The notes beneath the pieces are model-generated. The model was not told the DNA's origin, ran no database searches, and saw nothing but the letters and a program-made list of their open reading frames with translations. 60,295 nucleotides of DNA from Chloroflexota bacterium (lineage in GTDB: Bacteria > Chloroflexota > Limnocylindria > Limnocylindrales > Limnocylindraceae), in the NCBI GenBank assembly GCA_026389535.1, contig JAPLHR010000020.1:1-60295 (forward strand). The letters run 5' to 3'. Positions 1 to 9,485 of the stretch are shown one piece after another (within the stretch, counting starts at the first letter, position 1; each line of letters starts with the position of its first letter). A program made the position numbers and the translations under genes.

Positions 1-49
1 GGCGCTCACCAAACGAGTGCGAGAGTCCCTCAACGTGAAGTATCGGCAT
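1..49 (-). CDS. 5' end of an ABC-transporter ATP-binding protein (partial, runs off the window)
   Basis: A reverse-strand ATG at 49 gives MPILHVEGLSHSFGER, the stereotyped N-terminus of ABC ATPases. Only 16 codons are visible. Confidence 0.3.
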   Translation of the reverse strand, partial: MPILHVEGLSHSFGER

Positions 50-60
50 CAGCACATCAT

Positions 61-81
61 CGCGCGCGAAGCCCGCGCGCG
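61..81 (-). terminator. GC-rich hairpin just downstream of the iron permease stop
   Basis: An 8-bp perfect stem (61-68 pairs with 74-81) with a 5-nt loop (aagcc). There is no U-tract, so it is at most an I-shaped terminator or attenuator. Confidence 0.3.
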
Positions 82-85
82 CCAG

Positions 86-943
86 TTAGGCGCTGGCGGC
101 GGTGCGGGCTGCAGCGGCTCGCCGCACCGGGCGCACATAGAGGAAGAGGCCAAAGATCAGGTAGGCACCCTGCGCCAGGAGCGTTGTCAGCTCCGGCGTT
201 GAGCTGTAGCCAACGATGGCGCGCAAGAACTGACCGATCCCCTCTTTGTGCGGCAAGACGGCGGAGATGTCGTAGATCGGCGTGACTAGGCCTGGCAGCA
301 AGCCAACCTCGATGAACTCATGGACTCCGTATGAGAGGAGGCCCGAGGCAATCACCACAAGGGCGGCGCCAGTGAGGTTGAAGAAGGAACTCAAGTTGAG
401 TCGCAACCCGGCACGGAAGATCAACACGCCGATGCCGGCGGCAATCAGTAGGCCGACCACGGCACCAAGGATGACGGGGAGTCCCTCCCCCGCCGCTGCA
501 GTCGTCTGGCCGAGCAGGAAGAGCGAAGTCTCAAACCCCTCGCGAATGACCGCGGTAAAGGCGAGGAGGCTGAGTCCCAACACCGATGTAGAGGCGACTG
601 CGCGATCAACGCCACTGCGAAGATCGGCGCCGAGGGTGACGGCCTGCTTGCGCATCCAGAAGAGCATGTAGGTGAGGATCACCACGGCAAGGAGCGAGGT
701 GGTGCCAGCGATGATCTGCTCGGCGGTCCCCTGCAGGCTCCCGAGGGCCACGAATGCAATACCGCCCACTGCGGCGGAGGCGAGGATGGCTGTGATGACG
801 CCAAACCAGAGGCTGCCGAGTCGATCGGCGCGGCCGATCTTTACGAGGTAGCTCGCAATGATGCCAACGATGAGTGCCGCTTCGACCCCTTCACGAAGTC
901 CGGTGAGTAGCCCTCCAAGGCCCCAGGCGAAGATGCTCTCCAT
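86..943 (-). CDS. efeU: FTR1/EfeU-family high-affinity iron permease
   Basis: It has two REGxE motifs (REGVEAALIV and REGFETSLFL) in a polytopic membrane protein. I chose the ATG at 943 (MESIFAWG) because GAGAGGGGGA lies just upstream; the track ORF extends to 973. Confidence 0.85.
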   Translation of the reverse strand: MESIFAWGLGGLLTGLREGVEAALIVGIIASYLVKIGRADRLGSLWFGVITAILASAAVGGIAFVALGSLQGTAEQIIAGTTSLLAVVILTYMLFWMRKQAVTLGADLRSGVDRAVASTSVLGLSLLAFTAVIREGFETSLFLLGQTTAAAGEGLPVILGAVVGLLIAAGIGVLIFRAGLRLNLSSFFNLTGAALVVIASGLLSYGVHEFIEVGLLPGLVTPIYDISAVLPHKEGIGQFLRAIVGYSSTPELTTLLAQGAYLIFGLFLYVRPVRRAAAARTAASA

Positions 944-1042
944 GCGAATCCCCCTCTCACAGCTGCTGCGCACTCTTGCTGCGCACGCTCAAGAAGATGA
1001 TGCCACCTAATATCGAAAAGGTCAACCGCACCTGTCTAATAC

Positions 1043-1058
1043 GACAAGTGACCTTGTC
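1043..1058 (-). terminator. Short perfect hairpin after the aceE stop
   Basis: GACAAG-tgac-CTTGTC forms a 6-bp stem with a 4-nt loop, 13 nt downstream of the aceE stop. It is weak and could be an operator for efeU instead. Confidence 0.2.
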
Positions 1059-1070
1059 CTGTATCGCTAC

Positions 1071-3809
1071 CTAGCGGTCGAGAACGAAGACCGGAAGGCG
1101 ATCGGGGTCGATGCCGAGCTCCTTGATCGCCGCGGCCGCCTCGGCCGGCGTGCGCTCGCCGCCACGCGCCAGGGCCACCATCGCGGCGGCGGTGATGTGC
1201 TTGGCGTCAACCGAGAAGAACTCACGGAGCGCCTCGCGGGTATCGCTCAGACCGAAGCCGTCGGTACCGAGCACCAGATACGGCACATCGATCCATGGGG
1301 CGAGAAGGTCAGGGAGTGCGGTCACGCAGTCGCTGGCGGCAACGACCGGCGCGCCGCTGCTGCCGAGCTGATCCTGCATCCACGAGGTTCGCGGCGCACT
1401 CTCAGGGTGGCGTCGGTTCCAGCGCTCAACAATGAGCGCTTCGCGGCGCAACTCTGAATACGAGGTGGCGGACCAGATCTCGGCACGCACGCCGAACCGT
1501 TCACGCAGCAGGTCGCGCGCGGCGAGCACCTCGCCCATGATCGCGCCCGAGCCGAAGAGGCGAACGATTGGTCCGCTCGCGCTGGCATCCGCCTCGGCGA
1601 AGCGACAGAGGCCGCGATGAATCCCCTCATCGACATGCGCGCCATCAGGGCGCGCCGGCTGCGCCTGGTTCTCGTTGTAGATCGTCAGGTAGTAGAGGAT
1701 GTCTTCGCGACCACCGTGCATGCGATCCATGCCGCGGCGAATCAGTGCCGCCATCTCATAGGCGAATGACGGGTCGTAGGCGGCGACATGCGGATGCAGA
1801 TGCGCGATCATCTGCGAGTGGCCATCGTCGTGCTGCAGCCCCTCGCCGGCGAGTGTCGTACGACCGGCCGTGGCACCAATCAAGAAGCCGCGGCCGCGTG
1901 CATCGCCCACCTGCCAGATCTGATCGCCCACGCGCTGGAAGCCGAACATGGAGTAGAAGACATAGAACGGGATCGTTGGCACGCCATGCGTGGCATACGC
2001 CGTCGCGGCCGCCTGGAATGAGGCCATGGAGCCAGCCTCGGTGATCCCCTCTTCGAGGAGTTGACCGCTCTGCGACTCGCGATAGCTCAACAGCAGCTCC
2101 GAGTCGACCGGCTCATAGCGCTGACCGAACGGCGCGTAGATGCCGCTCTGCTTGAAGAGTGGATCCATGCCGAAGGTGCGCGCCTCGTCTGGAACGATCG
2201 GCACGATCTGCTGGCCGATGTTCGGATCGCGCAAGAGGTTGCGCAGCAGCTTGGCGAACGCCATGGTGGTGCTGACCGGCACGGCGCTTCCGGCGGCAAA
2301 CTCGGCATCGGCCGCCGCCTCAGGCGCGCTCCAGTTCACCGGGTGCACGATGCGGGTTGGGAGCGGGCCGCCAAGCGCGGCGCGGCGCTCGTTGATGTAC
2401 TTGACCTCTGGGCTGTTTGGGCCAGGGTGGTAGTACGGGGCCTCGGGGATCTTCTCGTCAGGGATCGGCAGTCCGAGTCGATCGCGGAAGGCGAAGAGTT
2501 CCGCCTCGGAGAGCTTCTTCGCCTGGTGGGTGACATTCGTCGCCTCAACCGATGGCCCGAGTGAGTAGCCCTTCACCGTCTTCGCCAGGATCACCGTCGG
2601 TGCACCCTTATGTGCGACGGCTGAGGCGTAGGCGGCGTGGATCTTGCGGTAGTCGTGACCGCCGCGGCGGAGGCGCACCAGGTCGTCGTCAGAGAGGTGC
2701 TTCACCAGCGCGCCGAGCTCCGGCTCTGGGCCGAAGAAGTGTTCGCGGATGTAGGCGCCGCCGGCAACGATGTACTTCTGGAACTCGCCGTCAACGGTCG
2801 AATCCATCTTGCGTACCAGATGCCCGCCCGCATCGTTCGCTAAGAGTTCGTCCCACTCGCGACTCCAGATCACCTTGATCACGTTCCAGCCGGCGCCGCG
2901 GAAGAGGCCTTCGAGCTCCTGAATGATCTTGCCATTACCGCGCACTGGGCCGTCGAGTCGCTGCAGGTTGCAGTTCACCACCCAAGTCAGGTTGTCGAGC
3001 CCTTCACGCGCCGCAAGGGTCAGCGCGCCAGCGGACTCCGGCTCATCCATTTCACCGTCACCGAGGAAGGCCCAGACGCGGCTCCCCGACGTGTCGGTGA
3101 GGCTGCGGTTGTGGAGGTAGCGGTTGTAGCGCGCCTGATAGATCGAACCGATGCCGCCGAGGCCCATGGAGACGGTTGGGAACTCCCAGAAGTCCGGCAG
3201 GAGGCGCGCATGCGGGTACGAGGGAAGGCCGCCGTGTCCGGCCGTCTCTTGGCGGAAGCGGTCGAGCTGCGGCGCGCTGATGCGCCCCTCGAGATAGGCG
3301 CGCGAATAGATGCCAGGGGCGGCATGCCCCTGATAGAAGATCTGATCGCCCGCGCCGCCCTGCTTGCCGCGGAAGAAGTGGTTGTGCCCAACCTCGTAGA
3401 GGCTCGCCGCGCTGGCGTAGGTGGCGAGGTGTCCGCCGATGCCGGCGTGTGTCTTGTTTGCGCGTAGCACCATGGCGGCGGCGTTCCAGCGAATGATGTG
3501 GCGGATGCGCGTCTCCATCGCCTCGTCGCCAGGGAAGGCGGGCTCATCGCTCGTCTTGATGGTGTTGATGTACGGCGTGGTGACGAGGGTGGGGAGATCA
3601 ACGCCAAGGTCGCGCGCTCGCGCGAGGAGGCGCATCAGCAGGACCTTGGCGCGCTCGGGGCCGTGGGCCGCGATCGATCGCTCGATCTCGCCGATCAGGC
3701 GTGCCGTCTCCGTTGGGTCGGCGTCGGGGATCTGCTCAAGGAAGTCGAAGGTCTGCACGATTCCACAAGGGTAGCGCCCCGTGCGAGGATGCGGGTATGG
3801 CAAAACCAC
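1071..3809 (-). CDS. aceE: Pyruvate dehydrogenase E1 component, homodimeric AceE type
   Basis: The roughly 900-aa protein shows IPDADPTET, PYINTI, GGHLATYASAASLYEVGHNHFFRG and GDGEMDEPES (ThDP motif). The start is uncertain: GTG at 3809 would overlap divergent pncA, and GTG at 3758 is the alternative. Confidence 0.9.
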   Translation of the reverse strand: MVLPYPHPRTGRYPCGIVQTFDFLEQIPDADPTETARLIGEIERSIAAHGPERAKVLLMRLLARARDLGVDLPTLVTTPYINTIKTSDEPAFPGDEAMETRIRHIIRWNAAAMVLRANKTHAGIGGHLATYASAASLYEVGHNHFFRGKQGGAGDQIFYQGHAAPGIYSRAYLEGRISAPQLDRFRQETAGHGGLPSYPHARLLPDFWEFPTVSMGLGGIGSIYQARYNRYLHNRSLTDTSGSRVWAFLGDGEMDEPESAGALTLAAREGLDNLTWVVNCNLQRLDGPVRGNGKIIQELEGLFRGAGWNVIKVIWSREWDELLANDAGGHLVRKMDSTVDGEFQKYIVAGGAYIREHFFGPEPELGALVKHLSDDDLVRLRRGGHDYRKIHAAYASAVAHKGAPTVILAKTVKGYSLGPSVEATNVTHQAKKLSEAELFAFRDRLGLPIPDEKIPEAPYYHPGPNSPEVKYINERRAALGGPLPTRIVHPVNWSAPEAAADAEFAAGSAVPVSTTMAFAKLLRNLLRDPNIGQQIVPIVPDEARTFGMDPLFKQSGIYAPFGQRYEPVDSELLLSYRESQSGQLLEEGITEAGSMASFQAAATAYATHGVPTIPFYVFYSMFGFQRVGDQIWQVGDARGRGFLIGATAGRTTLAGEGLQHDDGHSQMIAHLHPHVAAYDPSFAYEMAALIRRGMDRMHGGREDILYYLTIYNENQAQPARPDGAHVDEGIHRGLCRFAEADASASGPIVRLFGSGAIMGEVLAARDLLRERFGVRAEIWSATSYSELRREALIVERWNRRHPESAPRTSWMQDQLGSSGAPVVAASDCVTALPDLLAPWIDVPYLVLGTDGFGLSDTREALREFFSVDAKHITAAAMVALARGGERTPAEAAAAIKELGIDPDRLPVFVLDR

Positions 3810-4387
3810 AACGCGCCCTTCTGATCGTCGACCTGCAGGTCGACTTCGGCGACCCCGCAGGGAGCCTCTTCGTTGCCGGTGCCCCCGCCGCCCTCCCCCA
3901 CGTGCTGCGCCTCGTTGAGCGCGCTCGCAGCCACGGCGAGCTCATCGTCTGGAGCCAGGATTGGCACCCCGAGAGCACCCCGCACTTCGCCCCGCAGGGC
4001 GGCACATGGCCAGTGCACTGCGTTGCGGGGAGTCCAGGGGCCGAACTCCTCCCCGAAGCGGTCTTGGCGCAGCGGCCCGGCGATGTGGTGATTCGCAAAG
4101 GGGTGGCGGGCGAGGATGGCTACAGCGCCTTCTCGCTGCGCAATCCGATCACCGGTGAGGTTCGCTCCACCGAACTTGCGGCGCTCCTCCACAGCTCTGG
4201 TGTGACGCTCGTGACGGTCTGTGGCCTTGCGACCGACTGGTGCGTCAAGGCGACCGCACTCGATGCGCTGACCGCGGGGTTCACCGTTGAAGTAGCCGTC
4301 GCCGCAACCGCCGGCGTCGAGCTGCGCGACGGCGACACCGCCGCAGCACTGCAGGAGATTGAGTCGGCGGGCGGAGTGCTCTGCTAA
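3797..4387 (+). CDS. pncA: Nicotinamidase/pyrazinamidase (isochorismatase family)
   Basis: MAKPQRALLIVDLQVDF, WPVHCV and VCGLATDWCVKATALDA (catalytic Cys) are present. GAGGA lies 7 nt upstream of the ATG at 3797. Confidence 0.8.
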   Translation: MAKPQRALLIVDLQVDFGDPAGSLFVAGAPAALPHVLRLVERARSHGELIVWSQDWHPESTPHFAPQGGTWPVHCVAGSPGAELLPEAVLAQRPGDVVIRKGVAGEDGYSAFSLRNPITGEVRSTELAALLHSSGVTLVTVCGLATDWCVKATALDALTAGFTVEVAVAATAGVELRDGDTAAALQEIESAGGVLC

Positions 4388-4926
4388 TGGCGCTGCTCCT
4401 GCTCGCCGCGTGCGGTCTGATCGGCGCAGTTCTCGTAGAGCTACTGCTCGGGCGACTGATCAACTCAGGTGCGATCCGACGCCCCGAGATCAACCTCACG
4501 ATTGAGATTGCAGCACCGCGCTCCGCCGTGTGGGCCTACGCCTCAGACATTGCGCGTCAGCCCGAATGGATGCACGAGATGAAGCGCGTTGAGATGCTCA
4601 CGCCACCACCGGTTCAGCCCGGGTCGCGCGGTCGCGCCACCGTACGCATCTTCGGCATCTCGACGACCGACGATGTAGTGGTCACCCAGTTCGACCCACC
4701 GAGCACCTTCGCGATTCGGCACGAGGGGAAGTTTGTTGGCGAGGGGCTACTGCGCTTCACAGAGATTGATGCAGGGCACACGCGCATCGATTGGATGGAG
4801 TACCTACGGCCGCCGCTCTTTGCAAACATCGGAGGATTCGTTCAGCGGCCAATCCTCGGTGCGATCTTTCGGTCGGATCTGCGCCATCTGAAGCGCATCC
4901 TTGAAGAGGGCCCGGCGGCGAACTAG
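4387..4926 (+). CDS. SRPBCC (polyketide cyclase/dehydrase-like) protein with an N-terminal membrane helix
   Basis: An N-terminal hydrophobic helix is followed by IEIAAPRSAVWAYASDIARQPEWMHEM, which is typical of the SRPBCC fold. It has a TAATG overlap with pncA. Confidence 0.55.
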   Translation: MALLLLAACGLIGAVLVELLLGRLINSGAIRRPEINLTIEIAAPRSAVWAYASDIARQPEWMHEMKRVEMLTPPPVQPGSRGRATVRIFGISTTDDVVVTQFDPPSTFAIRHEGKFVGEGLLRFTEIDAGHTRIDWMEYLRPPLFANIGGFVQRPILGAIFRSDLRHLKRILEEGPAAN

Positions 4927-5384
4927 TCCCCGCAGGAGATCTCGAGCGGGATGGGGTCGCTGCCGAAGCTCTTGAGCTGACGATCGAGGGTGGCCGTTGC
5001 CCCCGGCTCAATGCGCGGCGTGGAGATGATCTCGGAGAGACCGGCACTGCCGATCTCGCTCGTTGTGACCTGACAGGTGGCGGATCCTGCGGTAGCCCCC
5101 GTATTCGTGATGGTGATCGCCACGGCGAGTCCGCCCGGCACGGAGTCTGCGGCGCTCATCGCAACGGTGAATGGCCCGATCCCCCGTGACGCACTGCCTG
5201 CGAGGGAGGCCAGAAGGAGCACCGCAGCCCCGATGCCGAGAAAGACGGTGCCGTGCGCCTGGCTCGCTGCTGGCTGCGCGAGGCCGAGTGGGTTACAGCG
5301 CTCGCAGAGTGCCGTCTGCAACGAGACGGGCGCGCCGCAGCGAACACATGCCTGCATCTGGTTGCGCACCGGTGTTTCGTTCAT
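4923..5384 (-). CDS. Zinc-ribbon membrane protein, function unknown
   Basis: CVRCGAPV...CERCNP forms a CxxC-N12-CxxC ribbon. It is followed by one TM helix and a roughly 90-aa extracytoplasmic Gly/Thr/Ala-rich domain. Confidence 0.5.
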   Translation of the reverse strand: MNETPVRNQMQACVRCGAPVSLQTALCERCNPLGLAQPAASQAHGTVFLGIGAAVLLLASLAGSASRGIGPFTVAMSAADSVPGGLAVAITITNTGATAGSATCQVTTSEIGSAGLSEIISTPRIEPGATATLDRQLKSFGSDPIPLEISCGD

Positions 5385-5391
5385 GCGTACA

Positions 5392-6240
5392 TCATCGCAG
5401 TTTCGCTAGAAGCTGGAGCGCCTCTTCGACATCGCGTTCGGTGCGCACCGTGACGATTAGTCCATCGGCGCCGGCGGCGTAGGCCTCTCCCAGCACCCCC
5501 TCCGGGTCTCTGCCGAACGGCGAATCGATCAGCCTCTTGCTGGCACTCAGCTGGTGCAGCAGGTGCGTGCGCACCGGCGGTTCGGCGCGACCAGCGGCGC
5601 GTTCGCGCTCGCGCAGCTGCGCGAGCCCTGCAGTAAATGTTTCTGCTGGGGCCACCCACTCATCGGCAAAAGAGGCCGCAAGGCTAATCGAGCTCGGATG
5701 GTCGCCCGCGATCAGCAGGCGCAAACGGGCGCCTGGACGTGGGGCACTCGCCGCACCGTTCAGACTCCCAGGCGCGGTCAACGTGAGTTGCTCGACCGGA
5801 TCGCCGCCCAGCATTGCGCGCGCAACCGCAACCTGTTCGGTCAGCGCCGCGATGCGCTCCCCCACTTCGCCGTAGGGCATACCCAGCGCATCGTGCTCTG
5901 CAGCATCACCGCCAGCACCAATGCCGAGCGTGAATCGCCCCGGAGCGATCGCGTCGAGTGTCGCCGCAATCTTTGCGGTGAGCGCTGGATGCCGCTTCGT
6001 CACATCGAGCACCAGTGTGCCGACGCGCAGATTCGGATTCAGCGCGAGGGCTGCGGCGGCGAGGCTCGTTGCCTCAAGCACCGGGCGCTCCGGCGCGCCA
6101 CGCCCCATCAGGTGATCCCAGATCCAGATCCGATCAATCGGCGCTGTTGCAAGCCGCGCAGCGGCGCGCAACCACGCATCTCCTTCGAGGCCGATGGTGC
6201 CGAGGGCGACGCCGATTGGGAGCGGCGCAGTTTGCGTCAC
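5392..6240 (-). CDS. Luciferase-like (LLM class) flavin/F420-dependent oxidoreductase
   Basis: IWIWDHLMG, FTLGIGAGG and the overall 282-aa TIM-barrel LLM pattern are present. The cofactor assignment is an inference from the family and the F420 neighbourhood. Confidence 0.65.
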   Translation of the reverse strand: MTQTAPLPIGVALGTIGLEGDAWLRAAARLATAPIDRIWIWDHLMGRGAPERPVLEATSLAAAALALNPNLRVGTLVLDVTKRHPALTAKIAATLDAIAPGRFTLGIGAGGDAAEHDALGMPYGEVGERIAALTEQVAVARAMLGGDPVEQLTLTAPGSLNGAASAPRPGARLRLLIAGDHPSSISLAASFADEWVAPAETFTAGLAQLRERERAAGRAEPPVRTHLLHQLSASKRLIDSPFGRDPEGVLGEAYAAGADGLIVTVRTERDVEEALQLLAKLR

Positions 6241-6251
6241 GGGTGAGCGGG

Positions 6252-7031
6252 CTAGCGGGCGCCGAGCGTTGCGGCGGCCTTTAGTGCAGCGCCGATTGTT
6301 AGATCAATGCGCTTGATCAGCTCATCTTCCGGGAGTCGGTACCACGGCTCGCTGCCGCCCTTGCGTGCCTCGGCGACAACCTTCGCATCGCGGATCGTGT
6401 CAGACACGGTAAGAATCGTTCCGGCGCGAACTGGTCGACCCTTGGCGCGCTCGCGCATCGCTAGCAAGAACATTGCGGCCGACTCCATCTCGACGCCGAG
6501 ATAGCCACGGGCGCCCCATCGCGCGGTACCGAGCGGATTCGGATCGTAGAAGACGTCAGAGGTGACGATCGGACCTACATGAGTGGTCAACCCCTCGGCC
6601 TTTGCAGCTGCAACGAGAACGTTCGTCACATCAAAGTCGGCCGTTGGCGCCGTCGGCTCGTCGAATCCAAGAATTGGGCCGATGCCACTGCTGGCGACTG
6701 CCGCCGAGGCGACAATCACATCGCCCGTATCAAGATGCAGGAAGCCGCCACAGGTGCCGATGCGCACGAACGTCTCCACGCCGAGATTCAGTAGCTCTTC
6801 CATAACGATGCTGGTGGTTGGCGTCCCCATCCCCGTCGTCTGAACGCTCACCGGCACGCCGTTGATCGTTCCCGTGTAGCCGAGGAGGCCACGATGCTCG
6901 TTGACCAGCTTCGCCTTCTCGAGTCCGCCATCGAATCGCGCTGCGATCCGCTTGGAACGGTTCGGGTCTCCTGGCATGAGGACGATGGGGGCGTAGTCGC
7001 CGCTCTCGGCGTGTAGATGGATCTGGGCCAT
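6252..7031 (-). CDS. deoD: DeoD-type purine nucleoside phosphorylase (PNP/UDP family)
   Basis: MAQIHLHAESGDYAPIVLMPGDPNRSKRIA...GYTGT...VSVQTTGMGTPTTSI...VRIGTCGG aligns with the DeoD N-terminus. GGAGG lies upstream of the ATG at 7031. Confidence 0.8.
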   Translation of the reverse strand: MAQIHLHAESGDYAPIVLMPGDPNRSKRIAARFDGGLEKAKLVNEHRGLLGYTGTINGVPVSVQTTGMGTPTTSIVMEELLNLGVETFVRIGTCGGFLHLDTGDVIVASAAVASSGIGPILGFDEPTAPTADFDVTNVLVAAAKAEGLTTHVGPIVTSDVFYDPNPLGTARWGARGYLGVEMESAAMFLLAMRERAKGRPVRAGTILTVSDTIRDAKVVAEARKGGSEPWYRLPEDELIKRIDLTIGAALKAAATLGAR

Positions 7032-7086
7032 GGAGCACCTCCGCAACTTCTTGGCCCACCCTAAGGACGGCGGGCTCCGTTGCGTG

Positions 7087-7092
7087 TAGCGT
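7087..7092 (+). promoter_or_regulatory. Candidate -10 box (TAGCGT) for a leaderless PPOX-fgd-cofD-cofCE operon
   Basis: A TANNNT hexamer lies 7 nt upstream of the ATG at 7100, with no Shine-Dalgarno between them. Confidence 0.3.
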
Positions 7093-7099
7093 ACGCCTC

Positions 7100-7543
7100 A
7101 TGAGCCCAAGAGGAATCCAGGATCTCGCTATTCGGACCTTTCTCGACCGACCACGCTTCGGCACGCTCTCGACGATCGACGCCGACGGGGCCCCCTTCGC
7201 CGCGGTGGTCTGGTACGAGCTCGACGGCGACACGATCCTGGTCAATAGCGCCGAGGGGCGCCGCTGGCCGGCAAACCTCCGCCGCGACCCCCGCTGCTCC
7301 TTCATGGTCGAAGACGAGTACGACTATGTGCAGATCCTGGGGCGGGTTCGCCTCGACGACAGCCAGGAGCACGCCCAGGCGCAGATGGCGCGGTTAGCGG
7401 CACGCTATCTGTCTGATCCCGCTGCGCTCGCCAGGAACATCAAGGTCTTTCGCTCTCAGCAACGTATCCTTATTCAGATTCACGTAGAGAGCGTTTTCGC
7501 GAGCGGCACGCCTGCCGCCGATCAACCGAAGGAGGATGAGTGA
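7100..7543 (+). CDS. Pyridoxamine 5'-phosphate oxidase family (split beta-barrel) protein, probably an F420H2-dependent reductase
   Basis: FLDRPRFGTLSTIDADGAPFAAVVWYELDGDTILV...RDPRCSF shows the PPOX-fold signature. It is co-operonic with fgd and the cof genes. Confidence 0.65.
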   Translation: MSPRGIQDLAIRTFLDRPRFGTLSTIDADGAPFAAVVWYELDGDTILVNSAEGRRWPANLRRDPRCSFMVEDEYDYVQILGRVRLDDSQEHAQAQMARLAARYLSDPAALARNIKVFRSQQRILIQIHVESVFASGTPAADQPKEDE

Positions 7544-8541
7544 ATATGGGGACTGGCGCGTCAAAGATCGGCTATGCCGCAATGCTCGAGCAGTTCGGCC
7601 CAACCGAGGTGGTCGACTACTCCGTAGCCGCCGAGCAGGCAGGCTTCAGCGGCGTGATGGCCGCCGATCACTTCCAGCCATGGGTCCCCGAGCAGGGCTC
7701 CGCACCATTTGTGTGGAACGTGATGACACTGCTTGCTGAACGAACCAAGGGCGATGTTGGCCCCGGCGTCACCTGCCCAGGCTGGCGCATGCATCCGGCA
7801 ACGGTCGCGCAGGCTTCGGCAACACTCGAAGCGATGTATCCGGGTCGCCACTGGCTCGGCCTCGGCTCAGGCGAAGCGCTGAACGAGCATGTCGTTGGTG
7901 GCTACTGGCCAGAGGTGGGTGAGCGCATCGCTCGAATGTTTGAGGCGATCGAAATCATCCGCAAACTCTTCACCGGCAAAGAGGTGAAACACGCCGGTCG
8001 TTGGTATCAGCTCGAGAGCACACGGCTCTGGACGCTCCCCCCTACCCCACCACCAATCTACGTCGCGACAGCTGGCCCCATCACCGCCAAGAAGACGGGC
8101 GAACTCTGTGACGGCATCATCACCGTCGGCGCCGCCGACGAGAAGATCCAGACGGTTTTCGACAAGTTCGCCGAAGGGGCGCGCGCGGCGGGAAAGAACC
8201 CCGACACGATGCCGAAGATCCTGCAGCTCCACCTCTCATGGGCGCCGACCGATGAGGAGGCGCTCGCCAACGCGATGCGGGAGTGGCCGAACGGCGGCAT
8301 GAAGTTCCCGAAGCAGGATATTCGCAACCCTGCGGACTTCCAGCAGATGGCGAAGCTCGTGCGGCCAGAAGACTTCGCTGGGCGCATGGTGATCTCGAGC
8401 GACCTCGAGACGCACCGCAAGACGATTCAGCGCTACCTCGACATGGGATTCGACAAGATCTACCTGCATAACGTCGGTCGGAATCAGACCGAGTGGGCCG
8501 CCGCCTTCGGGCGCGAGGTGCTCCCCGCACTGAAGGCGTGA
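7540..8541 (+). CDS. fgd: F420-dependent glucose-6-phosphate dehydrogenase
   Basis: GYAAMLEQFGP...AADHFQPW...FVWNVM...GLGSGEALNEHV...YWP is the characteristic Fgd sequence. It has a 4-nt overlap with the upstream gene. Confidence 0.85.
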   Translation: MNMGTGASKIGYAAMLEQFGPTEVVDYSVAAEQAGFSGVMAADHFQPWVPEQGSAPFVWNVMTLLAERTKGDVGPGVTCPGWRMHPATVAQASATLEAMYPGRHWLGLGSGEALNEHVVGGYWPEVGERIARMFEAIEIIRKLFTGKEVKHAGRWYQLESTRLWTLPPTPPPIYVATAGPITAKKTGELCDGIITVGAADEKIQTVFDKFAEGARAAGKNPDTMPKILQLHLSWAPTDEEALANAMREWPNGGMKFPKQDIRNPADFQQMAKLVRPEDFAGRMVISSDLETHRKTIQRYLDMGFDKIYLHNVGRNQTEWAAAFGREVLPALKA

Positions 8542-9485
8542 GCCCGCGCGTCGCACTCCTCGCGGGCGGCGTCGGCGGTGCAAAGCTCGCCCACGGGTTG
8601 CGTGCCGCACTCCCGGCTGGCGACCTCTCGATCATCGCGAACCCGGGCGACGACTTTGAGTTGCATGGACTCACGATCTGCCCCGACCACGACACCCTGC
8701 TCTATACCCTCGCCGACCTTGGTGACCGCGAGCGCGGCTGGGGCCTCGCGGGAGAAACCTGGAACGCCCTTGAGCAGTTCGGCAAGATCGGCGCACCCGA
8801 CTGGTTCCGGCTTGGCGATCGCGACCTTGCACTGCACATTCATCGCACCGCACAGCTGCGCACTGGCGGACGACTCACCGAGGTGAACCGCGAGATTCAG
8901 CGTAGGCTCGGACTCAGTGAAGCGCCCATCCTGATGGCGACCGACGACCCACTCCGCACGCGACTGCGCACGGAGAGCGGCTGGATGGAGTTCCAGCCGT
9001 GGTTCGTTGGCGCACAGGCGAAACCTGAGGTACTTGAAGTTGCCTTCGACGGCGCCGACGCGGCGCGCCCAACTGCCGAGACGCTCGATGCCCTCGCCAC
9101 CGCAGAGCGCATCGTCATCGCGCCATCCAACCCGTTGATCTCGATTGGCCCGATTCTCGCTATCCCTGGCATTCGCGACGCAATCGCTGCGGCACGTGCC
9201 CGTGGCGCACTCGTCGTTGGTGTCTCGCCAATTGTTGGCGGGAAGGCGCTGAAGGGGCCGGCCGATCGCATGCTTGCCGCCGCAGGACTCGACGTCTCGC
9301 CGGCGGGTGTTGCCAAGCACCTGACGGGGCTGATGGATGCGTTCCTTGTTGAAACGTCGGACCTGACCCCTGCCCTTGCCGCCGCGCTCACACCACACGT
9401 TCGCAAGAGCGTGGCTGCGCCGATCGTTATGGGTGATGATGCTGCGCGCCTCGCCGTGGCGCGCGCCGTTCTCGCCGTCTCGTGA
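8538..9485 (+). CDS. cofD: 2-phospho-L-lactate (or EPPG) transferase CofD/FbiA
   Basis: VALLAGGVGGAKLAHGL...LTICPDHDTLLYTLA is present. The GTG at 8538 forms a GTGA overlap with the fgd stop; the track ORF starts at 8493 inside fgd. Confidence 0.85.
   Translation: MSPRVALLAGGVGGAKLAHGLRAALPAGDLSIIANPGDDFELHGLTICPDHDTLLYTLADLGDRERGWGLAGETWNALEQFGKIGAPDWFRLGDRDLALHIHRTAQLRTGGRLTEVNREIQRRLGLSEAPILMATDDPLRTRLRTESGWMEFQPWFVGAQAKPEVLEVAFDGADAARPTAETLDALATAERIVIAPSNPLISIGPILAIPGIRDAIAAARARGALVVGVSPIVGGKALKGPADRMLAAAGLDVSPAGVAKHLTGLMDAFLVETSDLTPALAAALTPHVRKSVAAPIVMGDDAARLAVARAVLAVS

Noticed and set aside
3758-3809. An apparent 13-nt overlap of the divergent aceE and pncA coding starts.
   Set aside because: This is probably an artefact of taking the longest ORF. 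An in-frame GTG at 3758 also precedes the conserved IPDADPTET block and removes the overlap. I cannot decide between the two starts from sequence alone.
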